Shown piece after piece: positions 38,034 through 50,451 of a DNA stretch of 64,000 nucleotides. Under the pieces are notes generated by a model. The model was not told where the DNA came from, searched no databases, and saw only the letters and a list, made by a program, of their open reading frames with translations. Positions within the stretch are counted from its first letter, which is position 1; every line of letters starts with the position of its first letter. The stretch is from an uncultured Chloroflexia bacterium (GTDB lineage Bacteria; Chloroflexota; Chloroflexia; QHBQ01; JADMIH01), in contig CAWCNY010000005.1 in the NCBI GenBank assembly GCA_963797095.1, positions 256,001 through 320,000 on the forward strand, in the 5' to 3' direction. A program made the translations under genes and the position numbers.

Positions 38034-39899
38034 ATGAAGGCCGAAACCAAGAAGAGTACAAAGACCCACCAACCATCACCCCAAACGGAGCAATCTGAAC
38101 CTGTTACTAATGGGCAGCGCGACGATGCGGAATCATCTTTGATCGAGGCGGAGTCCGGTGATTTCACAAACGGTGCTGAAATAACTCCCGCTCCCACAAG
38201 CGCTGACGGTCCCTTCGCCATTCTCACCAACCCAAGCCCGCAGACCCTCACACAACCCGCCCCTGCCTCCCAACAGGTCGATACAAGCTGGCAAGCAAGG
38301 CTCAGACGGTTCCGCAACAACTCAAGCCAGGTCCTCGGCGGCCTGAGCCTTGACGACCGCTTGGGCCGTATCCTCCTTTCCATCGTCTTAGCCGTCTTGC
38401 TCTGGTTCTACGTCACCGGGCTTGAGAATCCCGCACAGGACACCCACTTCGGCGGTCTCGTCATCGACGTGCGCGGCACCGAGCCTAACCTGAAATTGAT
38501 CACCACCGAGCCACTCCCCACGGTCGATGTGACTTTTCGCGCTCCGCAGAACATCCTCAACACCCTCCAATCCGCCGACATTCATCCATACATAGACCTC
38601 ACACGGCTTACTGCCGGCGTCCATCAGGTTCCGATCCAGATCGACTTCAACAGGGGCATCGGCAACAGCATCACAAACCTCAACATCACCCCTCCCGACG
38701 TTCAGGTGCTCCTCGAAGTGCAGGTAACCCGCTCATTCACCGTCGAGGCAAGCATAAGCGGCACCCCCGCCCTCGGCTACCTGCCCGAGTTGCCTCCACA
38801 GGTTGATCCGCCCCAGGTAACCGTTACAGGCTCCCAGAGCGCTATAGATCGCATCGCCACGGTCGGCGTCACAGTCGACGTAGATGAGAAGGCAACCACC
38901 CAGCGAGGTCTTAAGACGCCCGTTGCTTATGACAGCACCGGCCAGGAGATTTCCGGTCTCACTTTCAATCCCACCTCCGTTGAAGTCACCGTCCCCATCA
39001 AAGGATCTTTGAGCAACAAACTCGTCCCTGTGCAGGTGCCGATCGTGGGCAACCCCGCCCCCGGTTATAGCGTCAATGACATTGAGATCGATCCAACTAA
39101 CGTCACCCTCTGTTGCGCGGCCAGCGACATTCTCGAACAGATTCAGTTGGTCAACACAAATCCCGTCGCCATCACAGGCACAACCTCAACTATCGTCACA
39201 ACTACAGAGCTAATCTTGCCCGCCGGTGTGGGCCTATATCCCGGCCAGAGCCACACTATTACCGTCACCGTCGGCATAAGAACATTCAATACCACCTGGC
39301 AGCTATCCGTCGCCCCCGCCGTCGTGGGCCTGCCGCCCGACTACTCGGTGGTTGTATCCCCCAACTCGCTCGATCTCACCCTCTCAGGCACCTTCGCCCA
39401 GTTCCAGGCGCTGACGCCCGCCGACGTGAGCGCCACCCTCGATGCCTCCAATCTCGCGGCCGGTACCTATGAGCTAGCCCCTCAGATCACAATCCCGGAC
39501 GACATCAACCTTGTTTCCATCAACCCTCCTACTATCACCGTCAGCCTGATCGCGCCCACTCCCGTGCCGCCCACCCCGACCGAAACCCCCATTCCTGTGC
39601 CCACTGGGACGCCCACCGAGACTCCCACCGAAACGCCTACCCCCTTCGACACACCCCTGCCCTCAGGCACACCAACCCCCACCCATACTATCACCCCCAC
39701 CGCTACAATCTCCCCTATCTCTACCTTCCCACCCACAAGCCAGCCAATCCCCACCGAGACCAATACTCCCACTGAAACACCCATCGACACCCCTACCGTG
39801 GTCGAGCCGGAGCCAAGTCCGGAAATTACCAGCACGCAATCGCCCGCCCAGCCCACCCCCGGCATCCTCTCCCCGACCCTCTCCCCCGGCCCGCCATAA
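38034..39899 (+). CDS. cdaR: CdaR/YbbR-domain protein with Pro/Thr-rich tail
   Basis: 'ILLSIVLAVLLWFYV' TM helix, repeated YbbR units ('G.PA.GY', 'P..VTVTG'), long PT-rich C-terminus. Confidence 0.8.
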   Translation: MKAETKKSTKTHQPSPQTEQSEPVTNGQRDDAESSLIEAESGDFTNGAEITPAPTSADGPFAILTNPSPQTLTQPAPASQQVDTSWQARLRRFRNNSSQVLGGLSLDDRLGRILLSIVLAVLLWFYVTGLENPAQDTHFGGLVIDVRGTEPNLKLITTEPLPTVDVTFRAPQNILNTLQSADIHPYIDLTRLTAGVHQVPIQIDFNRGIGNSITNLNITPPDVQVLLEVQVTRSFTVEASISGTPALGYLPELPPQVDPPQVTVTGSQSAIDRIATVGVTVDVDEKATTQRGLKTPVAYDSTGQEISGLTFNPTSVEVTVPIKGSLSNKLVPVQVPIVGNPAPGYSVNDIEIDPTNVTLCCAASDILEQIQLVNTNPVAITGTTSTIVTTTELILPAGVGLYPGQSHTITVTVGIRTFNTTWQLSVAPAVVGLPPDYSVVVSPNSLDLTLSGTFAQFQALTPADVSATLDASNLAAGTYELAPQITIPDDINLVSINPPTITVSLIAPTPVPPTPTETPIPVPTGTPTETPTETPTPFDTPLPSGTPTPTHTITPTATISPISTFPPTSQPIPTETNTPTETPIDTPTVVEPEPSPEITSTQSPAQPTPGILSPTLSPGPP

Positions 39900-39918
39900 T
39901 CTCCTCCGTTCTTGAGCC

Positions 39919-40821
39919 ATGTGCGCTAACCGCTGGTCCTATCAACCCGCTCCACGCGAAGGTTACTTCCCTGTCGCAAATGCCGAGCTATATTATCGCG
40001 AAGTAGGTCATGGGCAGCCGGTCGTCATTCTGCATGGCGGCCCCGATTTTGACCACAACTACTTACTCCCCGACATGGACCTCCTGACAGGCTCCTACCG
40101 CCTCATCTACTACGATCAGCGTGGGCGCGGTAACTCCGCGGCCAACATACACCCCCACGAAGTAACAATCCAATCAGAGATGGAAGACCTGGAGAGCCTG
40201 CGGCAGCATCTTCATCTGGAATCGGTGGCGGTCTTGGGCCACTCATGGGGCTGCCTCCTGGCGATGGAGTACGCGATCCGCCATCCTGGCCGCGTTTCCC
40301 ACCTGATACTCATGAATACCGCACCCGCTTCTCACGACGACTACATGCTCTTCAGGCAGGATCGCCGCGCCAGGGTGGCTGCTGATATAGAAAAACTGGT
40401 CGCAATTTCATCTACATCCCGGTACCAGGAGGGCGATCTCGAAAGTGATGCCGCCTACTATCGCATTCATTTCCGGGCAGCTTTCAGGCAGCCTGAGAAC
40501 CTCGAAAAAGTGGTCAACAGCCTGCGATTGAACTTCACTGAGAAGGGCATCGTAAAGGCAAGGCAAATAGAAGATCGGCTAATGGCCGAAACGTGGTTGT
40601 CCGGCGATTACAACTTGCTTCCCGGTCTCAAATACCTTGCCATCCCTGCACTCATAATCCACGGCGATCACGATTTAGTCCCCATAGAATGTGCTATCCA
40701 CATTGCGCAGGCGATCCCCGGAGCCAGCTTCGTCCTCCTGAAAGATTGCGGCCACTTCACCTATCTGGAATGCCCGGATCAGGTTCGCAGAGCAATCACC
40801 CGCTTCTCCCAAAGCACTTGA
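39919..40821 (+). CDS. Alpha/beta hydrolase (proline iminopeptidase-like)
   Basis: 'HGGP', 'YDQRGRG', 'GHSWG', 'G.HD', 'CGH'. Confidence 0.85.
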   Translation: MCANRWSYQPAPREGYFPVANAELYYREVGHGQPVVILHGGPDFDHNYLLPDMDLLTGSYRLIYYDQRGRGNSAANIHPHEVTIQSEMEDLESLRQHLHLESVAVLGHSWGCLLAMEYAIRHPGRVSHLILMNTAPASHDDYMLFRQDRRARVAADIEKLVAISSTSRYQEGDLESDAAYYRIHFRAAFRQPENLEKVVNSLRLNFTEKGIVKARQIEDRLMAETWLSGDYNLLPGLKYLAIPALIIHGDHDLVPIECAIHIAQAIPGASFVLLKDCGHFTYLECPDQVRRAITRFSQST

Positions 40822-41070
40822 TTCAAGATCAGCACATATATTAAAGAACTGTAATATGAATCATCCCGAATTCTAGGAGCAAGTTCGCAAGCGTGTAACC
40901 CCGATTCTAAAATTTGGGGAGGGGTTGGGGTGGGGTCTTTGGCTGCCCTAATCTATTTTCCGCATGAATCAAAAACAGGGGATGATTCATGTTCGTAAGA
41001 ATCATGAGCCCTCAGGCGTGGTATAATTATGCCTGTCAATCCATTTGGTTTAAAGAAGGGAAAAACATAA

Positions 41071-42915
<1,845 letters not shown>

Positions 42916-42919
42916 GGGC

Positions 42920-43861
42920 CTACTGCCCCGACACGCTATCCACCTGCCCGAACAACTCCACCAACCGCCGGTGCAACTCATCGGGCAGTGGCGGCTTCAG
43001 GATCGCGGCGATGTTCTCCTCCAGGTGCTTCAAGTTGCCCGTGCCGCTCAGCACCACATTGATCCCAGGCTCGGCCCGGCAGAACCTGTAAGCCGCTTCG
43101 GGCAAACTCCCTACCCCTTCCCACCGCGTCACAAAACCAAGTGGGTCGCTCAGGTCCACTTTGTTCGGGTCGATATTCCCTTCCTGCGCCAATTGTCTGA
43201 CGATCTCGCGCAATCGATCCGGCCTGCTGAAAGCGTTGCGCACCGCGAACATACAAAGCACCCCGATGCCGCGCTTCATCGCCTCCGCCAGCACTTTCCG
43301 CCGTGCGCTCTGGTTCAGGATATTGAACCCCACCATGATCACGTCCCACACGTCGTCATTCACCGCGCGCTCCAACATCGCGTGAGTCGGCTCTGCGCCG
43401 AAATGTTCCGTCACTCCCAGGTACCGAATCTTCCCCTGGTCGCGCAGCTTCACCAGCGCGGGCACCAGTTCCTCCCTGGCATAGTCGTACTCGCCCACCG
43501 CCACCGCATGCAGGTGGTAAATATCCACGTAATCCGTGCCAAGCCGCGACAGGCTCCGTTCGAGGCCCCATGTAAGCTCCGCACCATTAATCATCGTCCG
43601 GTTCTCGCTGAGCGTCTTCTTGGTCGACAGCACCACACGCTCCCGGCCTATCTCCCGCAACGCCTCCCCGATCAGCGGCTCCGTCCCATACAACTCCGCC
43701 GTATCCAGGAAGTTGACGCCCAGGTCAACCGCCCGATGCACGATCTCAAGCGAGGTCTCTCTCGGCACGCCCGTGCCCGTCCCCAGGCGGCTGAACCCGC
43801 CCCCACCAAGCCCCATCACGCTAACGCGCAATCCCGTCCTGCCTAATATTGTGTAGTCCAT
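42920..43861 (-). CDS. Aldo/keto reductase, probably leaderless
   Basis: 'LGRTGLRVS', 'DTAELYG', 'SLSRLGTDYVDIY.LH', 'GKIRYLG'. ATG 43861 lies 7 nt after a TATAAT box. Confidence 0.88.
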   Translation of the reverse strand: MDYTILGRTGLRVSVMGLGGGGFSRLGTGTGVPRETSLEIVHRAVDLGVNFLDTAELYGTEPLIGEALREIGRERVVLSTKKTLSENRTMINGAELTWGLERSLSRLGTDYVDIYHLHAVAVGEYDYAREELVPALVKLRDQGKIRYLGVTEHFGAEPTHAMLERAVNDDVWDVIMVGFNILNQSARRKVLAEAMKRGIGVLCMFAVRNAFSRPDRLREIVRQLAQEGNIDPNKVDLSDPLGFVTRWEGVGSLPEAAYRFCRAEPGINVVLSGTGNLKHLEENIAAILKPPLPDELHRRLVELFGQVDSVSGQ

Positions 43862-43905
43862 ATCGTACATTATAGGCAAGCGCTTCATCCTTGCCAACCG
43901 CAACC

Positions 43906-44913
43906 CTATCTCACTGCCAGCCACTCACGCACATACGCCAGTTCCCGCCCCACCCTCTCCTCCGACCATTCCCAGCCCGGCCTCCCGGCCATGTCTGCTA
44001 GCCACAAAGCCCGCGCCATCTTTCGCGCCGCGATGAACATCTCAACGACTTCGCTTTCCCGGTCGTTCAGGGCCTCCCGTCTGAGCCCTGCATACCCCTC
44101 AAGAAATGCCTCGCGCAACCGCTCATAGTCCGGGTATCGCCCTACCAGCGTTGAGAACGCCACCCCAATATCGTATAGATAATACCCACACCCGCAAAAG
44201 TCGAAGTCAATAACCGCCGTCCTATCCCGAAGAAAGAGATAATTGCCCTGGTGGAAGTCGCCGTGGATCATGCCAAAAGTCGTTGGCACCCTTTCCATCC
44301 CCGGCAGTTCTCGCACCAACACGCCACGCATTGCCTCCACAATCCGCCAGTTCGCCTCCCCAATCACAGCGCGACAGCGACCCAGGTCTACGTTCAGAGT
44401 GCCTCCCATGAACGCTGCTAAGTCCCATATTGGTCGGACAAAATGCTCAGTTGGCCGAAAGCTTCTCGAATGTTCGTGGATCGAAGCCAGCAACGCCCCT
44501 GCTTGCCGCGTGCAAGCCCCGGTCAAAGACCGTCCGCGAAATCGGCCCTCCAACCACATAAACAAGGTGCAATACCATATCCCACTCTCACTATTCTCCC
44601 CTACCTCTACTATAGTCTCCCCAGCTCGAGTTCGTACAACCTGTGGCACCGCCACTCCAGCGTCCAGGCGCAAAGCCTCTATCCACACTATCTCCGACTC
44701 GATCAATTCTCTCTGACCTGGGCCGCCTCTCCGCACCCGCAGTGCGAATTGCTGCCCTCCACCTTCCACGCGGTAAGTAGCATTCAGCCAGTATTGCACT
44801 GATCTGAGTCGGCTCGCCTCCACGCCAAACGCGCGAAGAGCCGTCTCGGCCAGTGTCCTCAACCTGACTAGCTGACATCGACGGCTCAACTCGTGAAACG
44901 CGATCTTGCTCAT
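43906..44913 (-). CDS. APH/homoserine kinase type II-like phosphotransferase
   Basis: 'IHGDFHQGN', 'IDFD'. Confidence 0.85.
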   Translation of the reverse strand: MSKIAFHELSRRCQLVRLRTLAETALRAFGVEASRLRSVQYWLNATYRVEGGGQQFALRVRRGGPGQRELIESEIVWIEALRLDAGVAVPQVVRTRAGETIVEVGENSESGIWYCTLFMWLEGRFRGRSLTGACTRQAGALLASIHEHSRSFRPTEHFVRPIWDLAAFMGGTLNVDLGRCRAVIGEANWRIVEAMRGVLVRELPGMERVPTTFGMIHGDFHQGNYLFLRDRTAVIDFDFCGCGYYLYDIGVAFSTLVGRYPDYERLREAFLEGYAGLRREALNDRESEVVEMFIAARKMARALWLADMAGRPGWEWSEERVGRELAYVREWLAVR

Positions 44914-44930
44914 GGCACGCCCGCGCTCAA

Positions 44931-47615
44931 CTACGGTGTAAGCGTCAGCACACCCTCTTTGTTGGCGTCTATCTGTGCCTTATCGTAGTACATCGGCAGG
45001 TACTGGTAATCCAGCCAGAGCGGGTACATATTTCCCCAGAACTTGCTGCCAGGCTGCCCCAACTCCCCGGTGCCAAAGATCGCCTCCGACTTACTCCAAT
45101 CGTTCAAGTCGATGATCATCCTGTACGATTGGTGCCCGGTCACAGTAAACGGCTGCAACGGGAACGCAGCCACCGGCAGCGGGTACGATGCCACCGACAC
45201 CGTCGTGTTGTCACCACCCATCGCCGCGCTCGCCAACGTGAACAGCCCTCCTATCAACTGCGCGTTGCTGAACTCGTGCGATGGCTGGATAATATGCACC
45301 TTGCCCCACTGCCAGTCCGCCATATTATCGCCCAGCACATTCGTCAGGTCGCCAAGCGCGCCGGTCAGCGAAGCCTGCAAAATGTCGTCCCGCGTCTCCT
45401 TCTGCGTGGTACCCTTATCATCCCACAACGGGTCGTCAGGCTTATTCAGCAGGTCTGCTATTGACAACAACGCTTCGCCCTTGAAATTATCGAGATACTG
45501 CGCGAACAGATTGCTCGTATCCGTATTGAACTCTCGCCCCAACTCATCGCTGAAGGTGCGCGTCAGCACCTGGTGGTACGTGATCTCGTAGATCGATGCC
45601 GCCACGCTGTCAGATGTCACATTCCCATCCCAGCTCTTAAGCATATCTATCGCTTGCTTCCCCTGGTCGTCGGCTCTTTGTATCGCCGTGAACGATGGAA
45701 GCACCCGCTTTGCCAGCAGAGACATGGTATCGCTCTGTATCGCCTCGAAATCGATCTCACCCAGCTTATCTTTCGCCGTCAGCAAGTCCCGGATACGGTC
45801 GATACGCCACGGCTTGGCATAATAGCCCGGTATGTCGTACTGGTATTCCGCCCCGTAAGGCTTCTGGTTCGCCGTCGCTATAAAGTGGTCAGGCGGATTG
45901 TACGCCCTCGGCAGATCATCGAACGGCACATACCCGCTCCAATCGTACTCACCCGTCCACCCCGGCACCGGCGCCGACCCATCCCCTTTCTTCCGGATCG
46001 GCACCTGCCCGGTCATCTGGTACCCGATATTCCCATCTTTATCCGCGTACACGAAGTTCTGCCCAGGTACATCCCACTCCGAAAGCGCCTGCCTGAAATC
46101 GTCCCAGTTCTTGGCTGTCTGCAAGTCCACCAGTGCAGCCATCAGCCTCTCAGGCTGCAAAGCCGACCACTCTATCGAAAAGGTGCCGGAAATCGAGCTG
46201 CTGATTGTTGGGGTCACTGGAAATGAATCGCTCAAGATCGGCCCATGATTGGTGATCCTGACCGTCTGCATGACCGGTTCCCCTCCCGCCACGTTGATCG
46301 TCTCCGTTACAATCTGCAACGGCAGCCATTGGTCGCCCGATTGGTACTGGCCTGGGTGGTTCACATCATCCAGGTGCTCCAGAAACACATCCTCCACGTC
46401 CGCCTCGGTGTTGGTCACGCCCCAGGCGATATTCTGGTTGTGTCCCGTCACGATGCCCGGCGCTCCCGCGAACCCGAAACCCTCGTTATCGATCTGTCCG
46501 TCCGTGGTGGTCAGATGAATCTCATACCAGATCGAAGGGTTGCGCACCCCCAAATGCGGGTCATTAGCAAGCAAAGGCTTGCCCGTAGTAGACTTGGTGC
46601 CATCCACCACCCAGTTATTGGAACCTACACCCTCGTTCCAACTCCCCAGCACATCGGTAACGTTCTTATTGTACTGCGCGATCACACTGTCCCACGACCC
46701 GCTGCTAGCGCCCGGCACCGTAACGGGCGCGTCCGCAGGATACCCAGGCAATAGCTCGGCAGCCGCTTCCGGCCCCAGCTTCTGCACAATATCCGACTTC
46801 ACAAGCTCATTCTGCCACGTCTCGGTCAGGTCCCGCGCCTGTAGCTTGCCGAACGCAATTGTATCCACCGGCTGCCAGTCCTCAAACCCAACACCGAGCA
46901 GCGTAAACTCCAGTGGCAGCTTGTCCGCATGCGTATGCACAAAGGCATTCACCCCATCCGCGTACCACTGAAGTTGCTCTTTCACATCGGGCCGCAAAGT
47001 GGCATATTCCGCTTCCGCCGCTCTCCTGAAACCTATCACCCGCAAATATCGGTCCGAGTCGATCAGGTCGGCGCTGAAAAGCTCCGCTAGCCTCCCCTCC
47101 CCTGCCGTCCTGAAGAAGAACATCTGGTAAAGCCTGTCCTGTGCATGCACATACCCCTGCGCCATATACAGGTCATGTATATTCGCGGCGACAATATGTG
47201 GTACCCCGTTCGTATCCCGCGTAACCGTCACATTGGCGCTCAGGCCCGGCAACTGGGCGCTGCCGTTGATGGTCGGCAGAGGCTTGTTGATCTCGTTCCA
47301 TACATAGAATGCGATCCCCACCACCACCAGCACGACCACCACTCCAATAGTTATGAATACATTACGGCGCGTGAACAGCCTCCGCTGCGTCGCCACCGGT
47401 CCGGACCCTATAGGAGTAGTAGACGAGCCGGTCGCCCCACTTCCCGGCGCGCTATACGCCATGTTCCGGCGGCCATTGACAGGCACACTCCGCGCTCTGC
47501 TCCCCCCCCTCGACCCTGAGCCGGTGCCTGATCCTGAGCGCCCCTTCGCGCCTCCGCTTCCCTGGTTCTCCCCTGATGAAGAGCCTCCTGATCCTGCCAT
47601 GCCCGATCCTCCCAT
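44931..47615 (-). CDS. Penicillin acylase family (Ntn hydrolase), membrane-anchored
   Basis: 'RD..GVPHI', 'GYVHAQDRL', catalytic 'GSNNW', 'LANDPHL', 'TANQ'. Exact start uncertain. Confidence 0.92.
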   Translation of the reverse strand: MGGSGMAGSGGSSSGENQGSGGAKGRSGSGTGSGSRGGSRARSVPVNGRRNMAYSAPGSGATGSSTTPIGSGPVATQRRLFTRRNVFITIGVVVVLVVVGIAFYVWNEINKPLPTINGSAQLPGLSANVTVTRDTNGVPHIVAANIHDLYMAQGYVHAQDRLYQMFFFRTAGEGRLAELFSADLIDSDRYLRVIGFRRAAEAEYATLRPDVKEQLQWYADGVNAFVHTHADKLPLEFTLLGVGFEDWQPVDTIAFGKLQARDLTETWQNELVKSDIVQKLGPEAAAELLPGYPADAPVTVPGASSGSWDSVIAQYNKNVTDVLGSWNEGVGSNNWVVDGTKSTTGKPLLANDPHLGVRNPSIWYEIHLTTTDGQIDNEGFGFAGAPGIVTGHNQNIAWGVTNTEADVEDVFLEHLDDVNHPGQYQSGDQWLPLQIVTETINVAGGEPVMQTVRITNHGPILSDSFPVTPTISSSISGTFSIEWSALQPERLMAALVDLQTAKNWDDFRQALSEWDVPGQNFVYADKDGNIGYQMTGQVPIRKKGDGSAPVPGWTGEYDWSGYVPFDDLPRAYNPPDHFIATANQKPYGAEYQYDIPGYYAKPWRIDRIRDLLTAKDKLGEIDFEAIQSDTMSLLAKRVLPSFTAIQRADDQGKQAIDMLKSWDGNVTSDSVAASIYEITYHQVLTRTFSDELGREFNTDTSNLFAQYLDNFKGEALLSIADLLNKPDDPLWDDKGTTQKETRDDILQASLTGALGDLTNVLGDNMADWQWGKVHIIQPSHEFSNAQLIGGLFTLASAAMGGDNTTVSVASYPLPVAAFPLQPFTVTGHQSYRMIIDLNDWSKSEAIFGTGELGQPGSKFWGNMYPLWLDYQYLPMYYDKAQIDANKEGVLTLTP

Positions 47616-47748
47616 AGAGTATTATCCGTCAGCCCTTGACGTACTATTCCCCTACGATGCGCGGTCGCTGATTGCCGGTAAAACTGAAAAATCAAAAAAG
47701 AGGTTTGAGCATAGCCACATACAAGCTACTCAACCTCTCAGCAACATG

Positions 47749-47820
47749 AGCCGACGGGGGGATTCGAACCCTCGACCCGTCGCTTACGAAGCGACTGCTC
47801 TACCACTGAGCTACGTCGGC
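47749..47820 (-). tRNA. tRNA-Thr(CGT)
   Basis: Cloverleaf with GCCGACG acceptor stem, GTCGC-TT-CGT-AA-GCGAC anticodon arm and GGTTCGAATCC. CCA not encoded; one A.C mismatch in the T stem. Confidence 0.93.
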
Positions 47821-48338
47821 GAACGCCCCTATTATAACCTCTTTCCCCGCACTTGGCAAACCACAAAACATAAATCGTCCCGGAATTTGATCGCAGATTT
47901 GCAGCCGCGCAACCTGCGTCTAACAAGGCAAAAGGGGGGTAAAAGGGGGTGCAGGCGGAACTGCCTGCCGGGGGTTTGGGGGGTGTCCCCCAACTCTACT
48001 TCTTCTTTCTAAACTCCACTCTCCCCATTTCGTGGGGAGAGTGGTCGGGGGTGAGGGGTGTTCGCATTCACTCGCCCAAGAGTTCCAACAAAATACCTGT
48101 ACTCGAAAGCCCAATTAGGGAATGCCTTCTGAGGGCCCCTCCCAATCTATTCCACGCCACGAGCTAAGATTCTGAATGACCCATATTTTGGGAGCCATAC
48201 TTAGCCCACGGCGTGCAAGGCATAGTACCTCAATGGTACCAATGGGTTATCCACAAGTACCATCCACTTTGTTACAATGGAGATTGAGAGATAAAGTAAG
48301 AGCCGCGTACCTCGTGTACTCGATTTTGCTCCTACATG

Positions 48339-48371
48339 AAAGAGAGACCTTGCGGGAGGTCTCTCTTTTTG
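48339..48371. terminator. Bidirectional intrinsic terminator
   Basis: 12-bp stem AAAGAGAGACCT/AGGTCTCTCTTT with T-tracts on both strands. Confidence 0.75.
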
Positions 48372-48444
48372 TTGCATTCCGAAGCACCACGAGCCACTCC
48401 CGCCCCTTTGACCCACGATCCCCGCATCGCAACTTACACCCTTC

Positions 48445-48687
48445 CTATGACCCCTCGCTGTCCATCTCAATATAGAGGATGCTGTGCCACGGGATCACGA
48501 AATCATACGTTTTGGCTCGGTCGCCCAACTCGTCAGCGTGCGCAACGGCGCGCACATACTGCTCCTCAAAGCTCAATTCACCCTGTATCCATGAGATCCG
48601 TTCCTCGTAGCCTGGGCCTGTGCCCGCTTCGCTCCGAGGGCGACGGGCTGCTCTGTAGTACACTTTCCCTGTCTTAGCTGCCGGCAT
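48445..48687 (-). CDS. Small hypothetical protein (80 aa)
   Basis: ATG 6 nt after AGGAGG; plausible globular composition. Confidence 0.6.
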   Translation of the reverse strand: MPAAKTGKVYYRAARRPRSEAGTGPGYEERISWIQGELSFEEQYVRAVAHADELGDRAKTYDFVIPWHSILYIEMDSEGS

Positions 48688-48812
48688 TTTGGGCCTCCTG
48701 CTCAAGTGTATGTGGTAGTTGGTTTGCTGGCTTCCCTGAAAAATGCGTCATGGGCTTCGCCTCAGGGTTTGACCTTCATCTTGTTGCGTCGTAGACCCTT
48801 CACCTTGCTACT

Positions 48813-49400
48813 TCACAAACCAAGTTCCTCGGATATCCCTTGCAAGGCGCGTACCACGAATTCGATATGTTCCTCCAATGGCCGTCCCAGTTCTTGCGCA
48901 CCCTGCACAATATCCTCCCGGTTGACGTTTCTCGCGAACGCTTTGTCCTTCATCTTCTTGACAACTGAGCGAGTGTCAACTTCGACCAGGCTGCGGTTCG
49001 GCTTGACCAGCGCGGTAGCGACTACTAAGCCGCATAGTTCGTCGCATGCAAAGAGCGCGCGGTCCTGCGCCTCGGTCCGTGATACATTAGTATACGTAGC
49101 ATGTGACAGAATGGATCTTACAAAGTCCTTGGGCCAGCCCCACTCCAACAGCATTTTCGCCCCCTCCATCGGGTGCGTGTCAGCCGTCGGGTGTATCTCC
49201 CAGTCCCAATCGTGGATCAGCCCAAGTGTTCCCCAATAATCCGGGTCGCCATCATACAGCGGAGCATACGCGCGCATAGCTGCCTCCACACACAACATGT
49301 GCTTCCGCAACCCCTCATTCTGCACGTTTTCCCTAACAAGCTGCCAGGCGTCCTCCCTACTCTTACCGTTCAAACTCTCCTTCGTGGAAGTACTGGACAA
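48813..49400 (-). CDS. HD-domain metal-dependent hydrolase
   Basis: 'LRKHML.VE', 'GLIHDWD', 'LFACDEL.G', 'KDKAFAR.VNR'. Confidence 0.88.
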   Translation of the reverse strand: MSSTSTKESLNGKSREDAWQLVRENVQNEGLRKHMLCVEAAMRAYAPLYDGDPDYWGTLGLIHDWDWEIHPTADTHPMEGAKMLLEWGWPKDFVRSILSHATYTNVSRTEAQDRALFACDELCGLVVATALVKPNRSLVEVDTRSVVKKMKDKAFARNVNREDIVQGAQELGRPLEEHIEFVVRALQGISEELGL

Positions 49401-49467
49401 AGTGCGTTCTCCTCAGCTAATAATTGCCTAATTATACCTGCTGAGCACCTGAAACGCCATCTGCCGC

Positions 49468-50451
49468 CTAAACTCGTTCCAACAACTCGTCGATCCGCCG
49501 CATCTGCTCCGCGCTAAGCGGCCCATACTCCCCCGCCCCCACGTTCTCCTCCGCCTGCACCACCGACTTGAACCCCGGTATCGGCACCGCGTCCGGCTTC
49601 TTCGCCCATATCCATCCAAGCGCCCCCTGCGCATCCGTCCGCCCGCCCTCCGTAAGCACTCCCCTCATCAACTCCGTCTGCCGGATCCTTTCCGCCGCGA
49701 TCCCCTCCCGCATATTGAAATCGTGCCGCCCATCGTTCTCCGCAAACGTAGTATCAGGCGTGAACTTCCCCGTCAAAAACCCGCTATTAAGCGGCGTCCT
49801 GATCACGCTCCCCAGCCCAAGCTCCCTCGTAACCTCCAACATCCGCGAAGCGTCCCACGTGATGTTCATCCTGTACTGAATGCTGGCGCAATGCTCTCCC
49901 TCGGCAAACACCCGCGCCCGCTCAGGGTCGTCGGTGCTCCACCCATACCACCTGATCTTCCCTTCCTCCACCAGTCTCTCCAATATCTCGCGCACCTCGC
50001 CTGCCCGCTCGGCCGGGTATTCCCCCGCGTGGAAGTGGTAAAGATCTACATAATCCGTCTGCAACCGCCGCAGACTCCCCTCACAAGCAGCCCTGATCTC
50101 CTCGTAGGTCATCGGCAGATCCCGGTCGAAGTACACCATCCGACTCAACTCATCGAACACCGTAGCAAACTTAGTCGAGATCACCACCTCATGCCTCTTC
50201 CCCTCCAGGGACCGCCCAAGCACCGTCTCGCTGTGCCCTGCCCCGTAATTATTCGCCGTATCAAAGAAGTTGCACCCCAGTTCAATCGCCCGGTGCACCG
50301 CCCGCGCGCTCTCCGCGTCGTCAATGTCCCCCCAACCGAACGGCTGTGCCTCCTCGCCGACCATAACATCCACAGGCCCCCCTATTGCCCAGCACCCAAG
50401 CCCTGCCGGGCTTACAAGTAGATCGCTCTTCCCTATTCTGTGCTTTTCCAT
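49468..50451 (-). CDS. Aldo/keto reductase
   Basis: 'GLGCWAIGG', 'FDTANNYG', 'SLRRLQTDYVDLY', 'VPIPG'. Confidence 0.9.
   Translation of the reverse strand: MEKHRIGKSDLLVSPAGLGCWAIGGPVDVMVGEEAQPFGWGDIDDAESARAVHRAIELGCNFFDTANNYGAGHSETVLGRSLEGKRHEVVISTKFATVFDELSRMVYFDRDLPMTYEEIRAACEGSLRRLQTDYVDLYHFHAGEYPAERAGEVREILERLVEEGKIRWYGWSTDDPERARVFAEGEHCASIQYRMNITWDASRMLEVTRELGLGSVIRTPLNSGFLTGKFTPDTTFAENDGRHDFNMREGIAAERIRQTELMRGVLTEGGRTDAQGALGWIWAKKPDAVPIPGFKSVVQAEENVGAGEYGPLSAEQMRRIDELLERV

Noticed and set aside
39555-39899. ACC/CCC-rich low-complexity DNA as a non-coding repeat
   Set aside because: It encodes the Pro/Thr-rich tail of the YbbR protein.
40822-41070. glmS ribozyme upstream of glmS
   Set aside because: No recognisable conserved core; a TG-G-TATAAT promoter lies only about 45 nt before the ATG.
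47749-47820. tRNA-Thr as an island integration site
   Set aside because: No integrase or duplicated 3' end found in the window.
48247-48255. Replication origin
   Set aside because: Single DnaA box, no cluster, no AT-rich unwinding element, no dnaA/dnaN nearby.
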